This document shows positions 18,606 to 27,908 of a DNA stretch of 59,459 nucleotides, piece by piece. A program made the position numbers and the translations under genes. The number at the start of each line of letters is the position of its first letter. Position 1 is the first letter of the stretch. Source of the stretch: Candidatus Micrarchaeota archaeon (GTDB lineage Archaea; Micrarchaeota; Micrarchaeia; Anstonellales; SKW190). The notes under the pieces were generated by a model. The model did not search any database, was not told the DNA's origin, and saw only the letters and a list, made by a program, of their open reading frames with translations. The stretch covers positions 4,009-63,467 of the forward strand of contig JAOAJI010000001.1 of assembly GCA_026414265.1 (NCBI GenBank), in the 5' to 3' direction.

Positions 18606-21600
18606 TTACTTTATGTTTGTTGTCTTATCAGAACTTTCTTCCATCATGAAACTTTGTATCTCTTGCAACACAGACAAGAACTCCTTTAGACCATCTTTTG
18701 TGAGTTTTGGTACAGGTACTTTTTTCCCAATCTCATCCATATCCTCTGAAGACAATAATGTTGAGCTAACGATTGGCGCAACAAAGATCACTCCTAAGCG
18801 CGATCCTGTAGATATGCTGCTACTTGTAGCAATCCTGTTCTGAACCGCGTGTTGATGCAAAGCATCAAGCTCATGCAATACATACATTATATCTCCGCCA
18901 GTATTTCCGAAGTCTGTAAAGAAACAAAATATGTAATCAGGTTTAATCGCGTGATGCGAATTATGAGATTTCATACTAGATATGTTTCTTATGTAATCTT
19001 GATTGATCTTATCATTGGTTTCTTCAATAACTTTCCTGCAAGAAGAAACCATAGCTCTTAAATCTGTGCCTTGTCCTATGACAACAAATGGTAGTTCCAA
19101 GAAATATTGTGATCCTAGTTTTTCATACGAGAATGTAGACGGAGTTACCACACTTTCTTGGAACTTATTATCTGATACTGATAAAATTTTCAAAGTCAAG
19201 TCTCTATAAAATTTATGCCCAGCATTCTGCTTAAGTGCTTCTAAATATCCTAATACCATGGCAGATACATGATACAGAGAAAACTCTACAGGTGTAAGCT
19301 CTGAATCACTTGAAATTTGACGATCCATCTGACCCATACTCCCGCTCGTATCTATTGCTAAATACATTACCAACGGCTTCTGGAATAACGATTTACCTTG
19401 ATATTCATCTACAATTACTTTCTTCCTTTTAAACATCGGAACTCTTTGAGTACCTTGAACAAAGTTTTCTGCAGCCTTTCTTACATCAAGATTACCGCGT
19501 AACTTTGAAGGAGTAGATTCTACTAATAATTGACCATACATGTACTGTGAGAAATAGTCACGATACACTTCTACTAACTGTGAATCAACCATAACTGATA
19601 CTTTAGAAGTTACATCTCCTTCAGAGATTTTTTCAGAGGAGGTAGACTTTTCTTGATTTTTAGAGTTAGCATTTTGTTTGTTTTTTTCTTCTTGCTCTTT
19701 ATCCTTTTGATCTTGATTTGAACTTTTTTCGTCCTGCTCTTGTGACTCGCTTTCTTGATCATTAGCACAACCTGAACCTGATGCCAGCACTAAAGCTAAC
19801 TTGTATCTTTTCAAAGCTGCCAACAAACTAACAAGTTTTATTACACTAACTATTGACGTAAAACTATCGCCTATGTTTTGTTGTGCATGAATGTAACTTT
19901 TCACTTCATCTAAGGAATCAAAAATTCGTTCAACGAATCTTTCTGCTGTTTGCTCATCTAGAGAATCTGAAACAATCTTTAGCGAAAATTGACTTCTATA
20001 AAGTTCAGAATCAATTTTAAGATAACCTAGAATAGCGTTCAATAAAACTTGCTGGTCTAAATCAACTAATGATGAAACATAAACTTGATTGTCGTAAGGA
20101 GACGTTTGAAAGTAAAAATGAGTAAAGGATATCAACAAATTGGTAATCAATTCATACATGGATTTTGAAAACTGACTCATGGAAGTTGAAAGCCCAAGTT
20201 TTTGTATGTCTATGTCTCTCTCAAGCAATAGCCTATCAATTCTAGAATCTTCAGTTATATTAAAAAGAACACTAGAAAATGAAATGTCCAACAAAACCAC
20301 TACATTGATTAATGTTGCTTTTTCAGAATTTGGGTTTTCATCTGAAAGGATGGTATACAGCTTCTGCATATGTTCAGGATTGTCTGGATCTATATCAGAA
20401 GGAAGAGCAACTTTTTGCTTAAGATCACTGTATCTTCTTAACAATTCATCCAGAGCTTCACGCCTTAATAACTTTAAGTAATCAACATAACTAATTTGTG
20501 ATTTATTCTCCTCTTTTAGTATCTCTTCAACCCTTTTAACACAAGCAAGTAAAAACTCAGAAGCTGCTTCTATGTGCAGATCTATAGAATAACCTGTACT
20601 ATCCTGAATGTCAAATTTCGTTGAATACATTATGTCCTTTTCAGTCAAATCTCTTACTCTGCTTTTGTAAGTTCCAAATGAGATGTGTGCAAACTCATGA
20701 TATACCAAGTTCATTGCCAACAAATAATTCAGCTCTTTAGAAGGGAATAACATTGTGTATGGGGTCAAGTATACATAAGTGCCGTCAGTGTAGGCATATC
20801 CACCTGATGACGAAAGTCGTATAACGTCATTCTCTAAAATCAACGACTTGGTGTCTTTTTCTAGTGCACTTACTGTACCTTCGTCTAGATTGAATCTTGT
20901 AGCTATTTCAGAAATTGGAATCTTTGCACGAAAAATATCAAAAATTCTGTTTGAACCTGTAGACAAAGGCTTGTAAATAGAAAAACCTTGTTCATCGAGT
21001 TCATAGATATAGCCTAAAATTTGATTGGCTGACATTGACCTAAGAGTCATTCTCTTCAGTAGTTCTGTTGTTGTTGTTGAATCTAAATCGCTGTTTAGAG
21101 AATTCAGTAAATGATCTAGGTCACGTTCTACGAATAAGCTCAATACAGAATTTACAATAGAATTGACAGATCTCAAAGGCAGATTCCTTGATACTAAAGA
21201 TAGGATCAGATTATTAAGATGATAGTAATCTTGAAAAAACTCTGATTTTAATTTGTCAAAATTTTCTTTTATGTTGTCTACGAAGCTCTGGTCATTCCTT
21301 TTTTCTGATAACTCTCTAACTTTAGTATCGAGCTTTTGACAGAAAATCTTGAAAAGCCTTTCTAACTCCTTATTTAAATAGTAATCAAATACTATTCCCT
21401 GCTTACTATCTATCTCAATTAATCCCTTTAATTTTTCATCTAATATTTGAACGCCGTTCAAGACTCCTATTAACAAGTTTTCACAATAAATCAATGATTT
21501 AGGAAGTGATAAAATTAATCTAGTTACGTAATCCTTTTGATTAGAGTCATTGAATGAGTCAAAATCATACTCAAGATAAAACATACCTACTGCTGCTGGC

Positions 21601-22487
21601 TTAAATATACCGCCTTTCGGATAATTTATCACCAGGTAAGGATCTGAAAATAAAGAAACTGAATCAAGCATAAACTTGTTTCCAACAATTTCTACGTATA
21701 AATCGAAATATGACTTCAGTATGTCTACAAATTTCAGTATTCTCTGATCAACATTTCTAAGCACTAATAATTGTTTTAACTCTTCAAATGAAGTTACTTC
21801 TCTTATATCTTGTGAGATTAAATTAGCAAGAACAGTGTTCTGGAATATTGGAGTTTTCAAAGAACGCGTTATTAGATCTACACTCTTTAAGAACAACAAA
21901 TACGATGAATTGCTCTGATGAAAGAAGCTCAAATCGTCTAATAAGTCATTTACTGATCTAAATTGTTTAAATATGTCGTCAATTAAACCTTTACTAGCTA
22001 ATCGAACTATGCTGTCCTTGCTACTACCAGAAAATTCAGTCGATAGCATATAAAATCGAATTCTCTTAGCCATCAATAATGATATTCTGTATAAATTTTG
22101 ATACTCTAATTGTTGAAGATCCTCTGTCTGTGTAAAAATAGTATCATAAGAAACAATTCTCAACTGATTTAGTTTTATCGCCTTAAGTAAATCTCTCTTT
22201 TCTAACTTGATTAGTAATTGGTTGTAAATTTCTAAAGCAAGCTTCTTTTCAAATTCATATATTGATAAACCAGCAAAATTAGCTCTTAATTTAGTATAGA
22301 TCTCTATAACTTGTTGGTTAAGTTTTGTTTTTTCTTCAAATCTTTTTGGTAATTCTTGAGATGAGATGTCAAATAGAAGCTTGACAAAGCTCTTAAAGTT
22401 CACCTGTTCATGAACATTATCGTCTTTTTGATTATCTTGTTTTCTTACTTCTGATTTTTTTCTACTTTTAAACAACCAAAATGACAT
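18606..22487 (-). CDS. 1293-aa protein: long helical N-region, HExxH motif, acidic low-complexity linker, C-terminal vWA/MIDAS domain
   Basis: YHEFAH at aa 596-601 (HEFAH at nt 20685-20699). Acidic Q/E/D/K/S-rich stretch at aa 909-958 (nt 19614-19763). MIDAS DTSGS at aa 1046-1050 (nt 19338-19352), followed by GQGTDL and FFTDFGNTGG. The start lies 1 nt after the AAA gene stop. Confidence 0.7.
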   Translation of the reverse strand: MSFWLFKSRKKSEVRKQDNQKDDNVHEQVNFKSFVKLLFDISSQELPKRFEEKTKLNQQVIEIYTKLRANFAGLSIYEFEKKLALEIYNQLLIKLEKRDLLKAIKLNQLRIVSYDTIFTQTEDLQQLEYQNLYRISLLMAKRIRFYMLSTEFSGSSKDSIVRLASKGLIDDIFKQFRSVNDLLDDLSFFHQSNSSYLLFLKSVDLITRSLKTPIFQNTVLANLISQDIREVTSFEELKQLLVLRNVDQRILKFVDILKSYFDLYVEIVGNKFMLDSVSLFSDPYLVINYPKGGIFKPAAVGMFYLEYDFDSFNDSNQKDYVTRLILSLPKSLIYCENLLIGVLNGVQILDEKLKGLIEIDSKQGIVFDYYLNKELERLFKIFCQKLDTKVRELSEKRNDQSFVDNIKENFDKLKSEFFQDYYHLNNLILSLVSRNLPLRSVNSIVNSVLSLFVERDLDHLLNSLNSDLDSTTTTELLKRMTLRSMSANQILGYIYELDEQGFSIYKPLSTGSNRIFDIFRAKIPISEIATRFNLDEGTVSALEKDTKSLILENDVIRLSSSGGYAYTDGTYVYLTPYTMLFPSKELNYLLAMNLVYHEFAHISFGTYKSRVRDLTEKDIMYSTKFDIQDSTGYSIDLHIEAASEFLLACVKRVEEILKEENKSQISYVDYLKLLRREALDELLRRYSDLKQKVALPSDIDPDNPEHMQKLYTILSDENPNSEKATLINVVVLLDISFSSVLFNITEDSRIDRLLLERDIDIQKLGLSTSMSQFSKSMYELITNLLISFTHFYFQTSPYDNQVYVSSLVDLDQQVLLNAILGYLKIDSELYRSQFSLKIVSDSLDEQTAERFVERIFDSLDEVKSYIHAQQNIGDSFTSIVSVIKLVSLLAALKRYKLALVLASGSGCANDQESESQEQDEKSSNQDQKDKEQEEKNKQNANSKNQEKSTSSEKISEGDVTSKVSVMVDSQLVEVYRDYFSQYMYGQLLVESTPSKLRGNLDVRKAAENFVQGTQRVPMFKRKKVIVDEYQGKSLFQKPLVMYLAIDTSGSMGQMDRQISSDSELTPVEFSLYHVSAMVLGYLEALKQNAGHKFYRDLTLKILSVSDNKFQESVVTPSTFSYEKLGSQYFLELPFVVIGQGTDLRAMVSSCRKVIEETNDKINQDYIRNISSMKSHNSHHAIKPDYIFCFFTDFGNTGGDIMYVLHELDALHQHAVQNRIATSSSISTGSRLGVIFVAPIVSSTLLSSEDMDEIGKKVPVPKLTKDGLKEFLSVLQEIQSFMMEESSDKTTNIK

Positions 22488-22488
22488 T

Positions 22489-25368
22489 TCATCGACCCTC
22501 AGATTCTGAATTTTCTAGTCTACTTTTTAGGCCTTGAGCAAATTCAGAAACTAATTCATTTGATTCTATCTCATTTTGTGAATACTTTTGAAACTTGTCA
22601 ACCATATATTGACTATTTAATTCCTCATAAATTGGCTTCCAGAATCTACTCCTTGAACCTGATGTCAGAAAGTAAAGACACGAAACTGTCGTACTTCCTA
22701 TAGTAATGTATATCTGATTAAGTTCTCTCAACATATCTACAGTTAAGTCGTAAGCTTTGTTTTGATCATGAACATACTTCATTATTTGGTTAAATAAAAA
22801 CGCAAAATCATCCAAATATAGCTTTATGAATTGATGGCTTTCATTTTTTGCATCTTGCAATTGGAATATTCCACTAGGCAGTACAGGGGTCTGGAAATCT
22901 CTATAGAATAGGTATGTCGATGCCCTGTTCAAAAAGTTGTCAAGAAAGTTCGTAGTCAAATTCATTGTAGCGACTATTCTGACATTCTTCAAATCAAAAA
23001 CTTCATCTCCTATCGTTATCTGCTCCTTTGTTAATAAAGCATTCAGCTGCTGCGTGTATTCTTGAGTCATGTCTATCTCGTCAATATGAATTATGCATAC
23101 TGTCTCTGGTGAGTCTCTAGCAGCCCTCAAAGCTTTTACAAGCTCAGTTTCCTCCAAGCTTCGACTTTTATCTCCAGATTTAACTTTAACACCCAGATCT
23201 ATAATCGATAATTCCCTTGCATTCACATAAAAGTATTGCACTTCTTTCCTTTCTCTACTAAGCTCTGTAGCTAAAATGTCTTTAGCTAATCTAACCATCG
23301 TGCTCTTTCCTTCCTGAGGCGCGCCAGTCAAAAGAGTGAATCTCTGACCTGTTATCAAACCTCCAACTATACTACACAATGTCAAAAAGTGATGCTCTGA
23401 ATAAACAAAGCTCTGAGTCGTAATGCCATTTTTATCTTTCATGTCAAAAATGTAAAATTGATTTTCTGAAGGAACATCATTTGAAGCTTCAAGCCTTTGA
23501 TTTGCTCTTTCTTTATTCTTTAGCTCAGTCAGAATACTAGCAATCAATTTATAAGACCTGTCGCTCTCACTTAATACAGTCATCGGACCTGTTGGTAACA
23601 TTGAAGTAATTATTATAGCACTCAATAAATGTGCCTCTAACTTTGAACTCAAAGACTCATATAATTCTTCCTTCTTACTCTCTTGTGATATATCTGATCT
23701 AATAAGAGATATTTCTCTTTTTATTCCATAATAAGTCGAACCTAAAGAATAACATGAAACAGAAATTGACGAATTCTTATCAGACATGTAATCGATTACA
23801 GAATTTTTTAAAAATACCAATGAACCTAAATAAGTCATCAAAGCGTTTTTTATAACCCTGATGCTTGGACGTCTCACATTTGTATTTGTGATTTGTTCGT
23901 ACATTGCAATGATCTTAGCAACAAATTTGTTCATTTTATCTTTTATTGTTTCGTCATTGATTCCTGCTTGTTCAATTAATTTCTCAACATATGCCTTTAG
24001 AAACTCTGTAAGTTTTTCATGTTGTGGATAGCCAAAAACAACTTCATATAACCTCTCACTGGTAGATTCAGGTATGAAATTACCAGAAGAATTGTACATA
24101 TTCCTTATGTTTCCTGTTGCAACTACAAACAACCTTCGCGGTACAGGTATTTCAATTTCTATTCTCTTTCCTTTCACTTCAGGATTGGTTGAATTATCCA
24201 AAATTTGTTCAATGGAATCTACCAATGCTTTGAGTTTTTCATATAACATTTCGAATTTCTTTTCATCTAATTGGCCAAAATATCTCGATAAATTTCTTTT
24301 CTCCAAAATCAATCTAATGTTCTCTTTCAGTCTTTTGAGTTCTTCTATATCTTCATGACTTATCTGGTCGATATTGAAACCCAACCTAATAGAATTTGGA
24401 GTAGCTTCTGACGTTGTCGTTGAACAGATCTGGTCAAAAAAACTATTCAAGTTTTTGGCGCTTCTTTCCTCTTCGCCTTTTCTGTGAGGCAACTCACTCA
24501 ATTCGTCCAATAAAAGAATAACAGATTTAGGCGAATCACTCAAATAAGTGGCAGTTAATAACGTTAATAAATTGTGCCTTTCTTTCACATCAATTCCCAA
24601 ATTGAAAATGTATTCTCTGCTAAATATAAAGTCAGTTGGGGAATTTAATGAAGGCAAAACAACTATGTAAGTATCAACAATACATGCTTGTTTATCCAAC
24701 AAAAAATCATGTAAATGTGAAACTATTTGTTTGAACTTTTCTTCATTTTCCACCATGAAACTACGCTTTAATATAGACGCTATCGTCTCAACTAATTTAG
24801 CCTTCTCATCATCTGTGTAAACGTTATCAGCTATATTCTTTAAGATAGGAAAAATCGTGTTAGAACTAAATAATTGAGAATATTCAGGAGTGTTAATCAA
24901 GCTTGAAATCGCATCATAATCCTTAGTCTCGCAAGCCCTACAAACGCTATGCAAAAAATTATGCATGCGATTTAAATCTTTCATTGCTATATCAACAAAA
25001 CTATCCAATTCTTTTACCATCTCTCTAAACTCATGAATCGCGAAGTGCGTCTTACCAGTACCAGGGTGACCAACAAAATACATAACGTTTGTACACGGAT
25101 CCCCTAAAATATAATCTAAAAATCTCTTGAAAACTTTTAAGTAAATCTCTGGGCTCAAAACCCTATAGGAGATATATGTTGATGAACCTTCTACCTTGGT
25201 AAACAAATCCAATAACTGAGTATATCTTTTATGCGTAATTGCCTCTTCAGCAAGAGTAGAAACACTACCGAATGGCCTAATTCTTTCTGCATGTCCAACT
25301 TCAACTCCTTGATGACGATTTATTTTTAAAATTCTCATTCTCACCAACCTCTCAATAGATGAATTCAT
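22489..25368 (-). CDS. 959-aa tandem AAA+ ATPase of the AAA_5/MoxR-like type
   Basis: Module 1: Walker A GHPGTGKT (nt 25048-25071), Walker B VILLLDE (24502-24522), VVATGN. Module 2: Walker A GAPQEGKS (23302-23325), Walker B IIHIDE (23077-23094), VATMN. Confidence 0.75.
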   Translation of the reverse strand: MNSSIERLVRMRILKINRHQGVEVGHAERIRPFGSVSTLAEEAITHKRYTQLLDLFTKVEGSSTYISYRVLSPEIYLKVFKRFLDYILGDPCTNVMYFVGHPGTGKTHFAIHEFREMVKELDSFVDIAMKDLNRMHNFLHSVCRACETKDYDAISSLINTPEYSQLFSSNTIFPILKNIADNVYTDDEKAKLVETIASILKRSFMVENEEKFKQIVSHLHDFLLDKQACIVDTYIVVLPSLNSPTDFIFSREYIFNLGIDVKERHNLLTLLTATYLSDSPKSVILLLDELSELPHRKGEEERSAKNLNSFFDQICSTTTSEATPNSIRLGFNIDQISHEDIEELKRLKENIRLILEKRNLSRYFGQLDEKKFEMLYEKLKALVDSIEQILDNSTNPEVKGKRIEIEIPVPRRLFVVATGNIRNMYNSSGNFIPESTSERLYEVVFGYPQHEKLTEFLKAYVEKLIEQAGINDETIKDKMNKFVAKIIAMYEQITNTNVRRPSIRVIKNALMTYLGSLVFLKNSVIDYMSDKNSSISVSCYSLGSTYYGIKREISLIRSDISQESKKEELYESLSSKLEAHLLSAIIITSMLPTGPMTVLSESDRSYKLIASILTELKNKERANQRLEASNDVPSENQFYIFDMKDKNGITTQSFVYSEHHFLTLCSIVGGLITGQRFTLLTGAPQEGKSTMVRLAKDILATELSRERKEVQYFYVNARELSIIDLGVKVKSGDKSRSLEETELVKALRAARDSPETVCIIHIDEIDMTQEYTQQLNALLTKEQITIGDEVFDLKNVRIVATMNLTTNFLDNFLNRASTYLFYRDFQTPVLPSGIFQLQDAKNESHQFIKLYLDDFAFLFNQIMKYVHDQNKAYDLTVDMLRELNQIYITIGSTTVSCLYFLTSGSRSRFWKPIYEELNSQYMVDKFQKYSQNEIESNELVSEFAQGLKSRLENSESEGR

Positions 25369-26611
25369 TGATTAACAATCTAGTCTCACGATAATCATTA
25401 TTATCATTAGGCATAGGGCCTTGCGATTCACCTCTCGCAAGTTTGTTTAGCTCAACCCTTAAATGAAAGTATTCTAATAATTTGGTTGAGATTATTTGCA
25501 CGTCATTTAAGGACAATTCAATACTTGAAAATCTATCTAAAGAATTTTGCATCAAATTAAAGACATGATAGATTTCGCTTCCGTTCGAAAACATCTGATA
25601 CGATGTCAAATAAGTAAGAAATTCCATTAGGGAATAATGTGAAGGGTCAAATATGAAAAAATCATCTCTGTCTGTTTGACTAGTATCACTGTTCTCTAGG
25701 TCATCAGAATGAATAATAAATTGAGAAAAAACTTTTTCTAAATATGCAGTAGGTTTTATTGATATTAATAAAGGCTCTAACAACAAGTATGGAATACTAT
25801 AGATGTTGAGAACCTCCATAGAAGCAAGAATGATAAAGAAATCAACAGATGGAAATCTTGCAGTTCTTAATTCCATCAATAATGAATTCTTCATTTCTTC
25901 TGAAAGGTCGATCCTTCGTGATATTATGTGCTCAACAAATGCTGCATATCTGTGGTTAAATTCACTCAAAGAACTCAAAAAATCATTTATTGCTCTGTGA
26001 TTAGTAGATTCTAATAATTGCATCAACTTCTCTTGATCAATAAACAAGCTAGAATAAAGTTGAGCAAGGGTATGCATTTCTGAAAGAGTTGCTTCTATTT
26101 CTGTAAAATGTCCACTCGTGATGAGTCTGCTTTGTATAAGTTGAAATACAACAGGTAATTTTGAAATGTTTTCAGATGGTCTTAATTTGGACATTTGAAT
26201 AGAATAAGATAATGGAACATATCTTGTCCTTTCCAAATATTCTCTCTCTTCTACACTTAACAGCAATGGCCTATAATATACGTAATCAAGTATTCCTTTC
26301 AGTAAAATTGATGACAACAAAACTTTAGTAGATTGAAAACCTTTGTCTTCAGCCATCAATCCAGTTGGAGCAGAGCCATTAAAATATCGTGCCCTATTAA
26401 TTACAAAGGAAGTAATAATCTGTCTCAGATATTGTTCGAGCAAAAAAATATCCCTATCTATATCCAACTGACTTCTACTGAATGAACCTTGAGATATTAA
26501 AAAAAACCGTCTATAGCTCTTTACGAACCTTTTGTATTGCTCGTATTTACTTTTATAGAATTCTTTCTCTTGCTGAGCCATAAAACCACTGTTTTGTATA
26601 ACATATAACAC
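25352..26611 (-). CDS. Hypothetical all-helical protein, first gene of the AAA/vWA cassette
   Basis: 419 aa with no motif recognised. Its 3' end overlaps the AAA gene start by 17 nt, suggesting translational coupling. Confidence 0.5.
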   Translation of the reverse strand: MLYVIQNSGFMAQQEKEFYKSKYEQYKRFVKSYRRFFLISQGSFSRSQLDIDRDIFLLEQYLRQIITSFVINRARYFNGSAPTGLMAEDKGFQSTKVLLSSILLKGILDYVYYRPLLLSVEEREYLERTRYVPLSYSIQMSKLRPSENISKLPVVFQLIQSRLITSGHFTEIEATLSEMHTLAQLYSSLFIDQEKLMQLLESTNHRAINDFLSSLSEFNHRYAAFVEHIISRRIDLSEEMKNSLLMELRTARFPSVDFFIILASMEVLNIYSIPYLLLEPLLISIKPTAYLEKVFSQFIIHSDDLENSDTSQTDRDDFFIFDPSHYSLMEFLTYLTSYQMFSNGSEIYHVFNLMQNSLDRFSSIELSLNDVQIISTKLLEYFHLRVELNKLARGESQGPMPNDNNDYRETRLLINEFIY

Positions 26612-26634
26612 AAAAAGACTTATAAACCATGTTT

Positions 26635-27888
26635 TTATGGCAACAACAACTTTAAGTAGAATAGTGGTGATTTGACTTCTTTTTTTGTTTCTTCATTTGC
26701 CAACATGTCTGTAAGAAGTTGTCTGAACTCTTTTTTTGTCGCAGCCTTGTTTATGAACATGTTGAATAAAAATTTGAACCTTGAAATTCTCTGAATAAAG
26801 TAAGACATTTCTAGCTCATGCCTTAAGTATTTGTCTAACATCAATGAATATTCTTTTAGCAAATCTGAAGAAATGGGTAATTCGTCTCTTTGTTTTTCGA
26901 AAGCTTTTACAATAACTTCAGAAGCAAACTTTGCAGATGTTACTGCATTTGCTATGCCTTCGCCTGAAAAAGGATCAACTAAATGTGCAGCATCTCCAAC
27001 TAAAACCCAGCCATTACCGTATACTTGTCTCCTAAAAGAGCCATTAGGGATATTCCAAGCGCCTATTTTACCAATTAGTTCCGCATTTTTCATTCTTTCA
27101 ACTATCATAGGGTTGGTTTTGATTATCTTTTCAAGTAAATGTATTGGATTAATTTTTCTTTTCTGTGCATCAGAAGTTAACATACCAAGCCCTATGTTTG
27201 CGTTTTTGTTTTCTAAAGGAAATATCCAAAGATACCCAGGTAATACATCTTCAGTAAAAAATAACTCTATGTTGTCAGATAAACCTTCAACGTTCTTCCA
27301 ATAACCTCTAACTGCTACAGCAGTATGCTCCTTAGACGGTTGAGGTAACTTGAGTTCTCTAGCTACTACTGAGGTAAATCCGTCTGCACCCACTACTACT
27401 CTGGAATAAAATTCTACAACTTCTTTTTTTTCTTTGTCTAACACTTTAACTCCTATTACTTTGTTATTTTCAAATATCAAATTAGTACACACTGTGTTTT
27501 CTAAAGCTGTGACATTTTCGTTTCTTTTGGCTGCTTGAAAAACAAGGTTATCTGCATCTATACGTCTCACTATGTATCCAGCACAATCCAAGCCTTTTGC
27601 ATTTGGATAAGGAACAGTGACACTTCTATTGTTTGGTGCAACCATTGTCAAACCACGTACAGGGGCCTTATTCAGAGCATCAAATTCATTAATTAAACCC
27701 AATTCCCTGTAAACACTTATGGTCTTTCCACTGTGAGCATCCCCACATATTTTGTCTCTTGGATACTTTTCTTTTTCAATCAGTAATGTTTTTAGACCAG
27801 CTTTGCCGAGAAATAAGGCTGTTGAACTGCCAGCAGGCCCTGCGCCAACCACTATAGCGTCATAACGATTGTGCATGTAATCAATCAC
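26635..27888 (-). CDS. Geranylgeranyl reductase-family flavoprotein (digeranylgeranylglycerophospholipid reductase-like)
   Basis: DAIVVGAGPAGSSTA dinucleotide fold, KICGD, VVGADG and VGDAAHLVDPFSGEGI. Confidence 0.85.
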   Translation of the reverse strand: MIDYMHNRYDAIVVGAGPAGSSTALFLGKAGLKTLLIEKEKYPRDKICGDAHSGKTISVYRELGLINEFDALNKAPVRGLTMVAPNNRSVTVPYPNAKGLDCAGYIVRRIDADNLVFQAAKRNENVTALENTVCTNLIFENNKVIGVKVLDKEKKEVVEFYSRVVVGADGFTSVVARELKLPQPSKEHTAVAVRGYWKNVEGLSDNIELFFTEDVLPGYLWIFPLENKNANIGLGMLTSDAQKRKINPIHLLEKIIKTNPMIVERMKNAELIGKIGAWNIPNGSFRRQVYGNGWVLVGDAAHLVDPFSGEGIANAVTSAKFASEVIVKAFEKQRDELPISSDLLKEYSLMLDKYLRHELEMSYFIQRISRFKFLFNMFINKAATKKEFRQLLTDMLANEETKKEVKSPLFYLKLLLP

Positions 27889-27908
27889 TTAAATTGATTT
27901 TTACATAG

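Noticed and set aside
26831-27304. 157-aa ORF antisense to the geranylgeranyl reductase gene. The same reasoning applies to 29442-29831 (antisense to NadX), 50226-51257 (antisense to MCM) and 33340-34484 (antisense to MutL/MutS).
   Set aside because: Each lies within a gene that has strong family motifs on the opposite strand, and none has motifs of its own.
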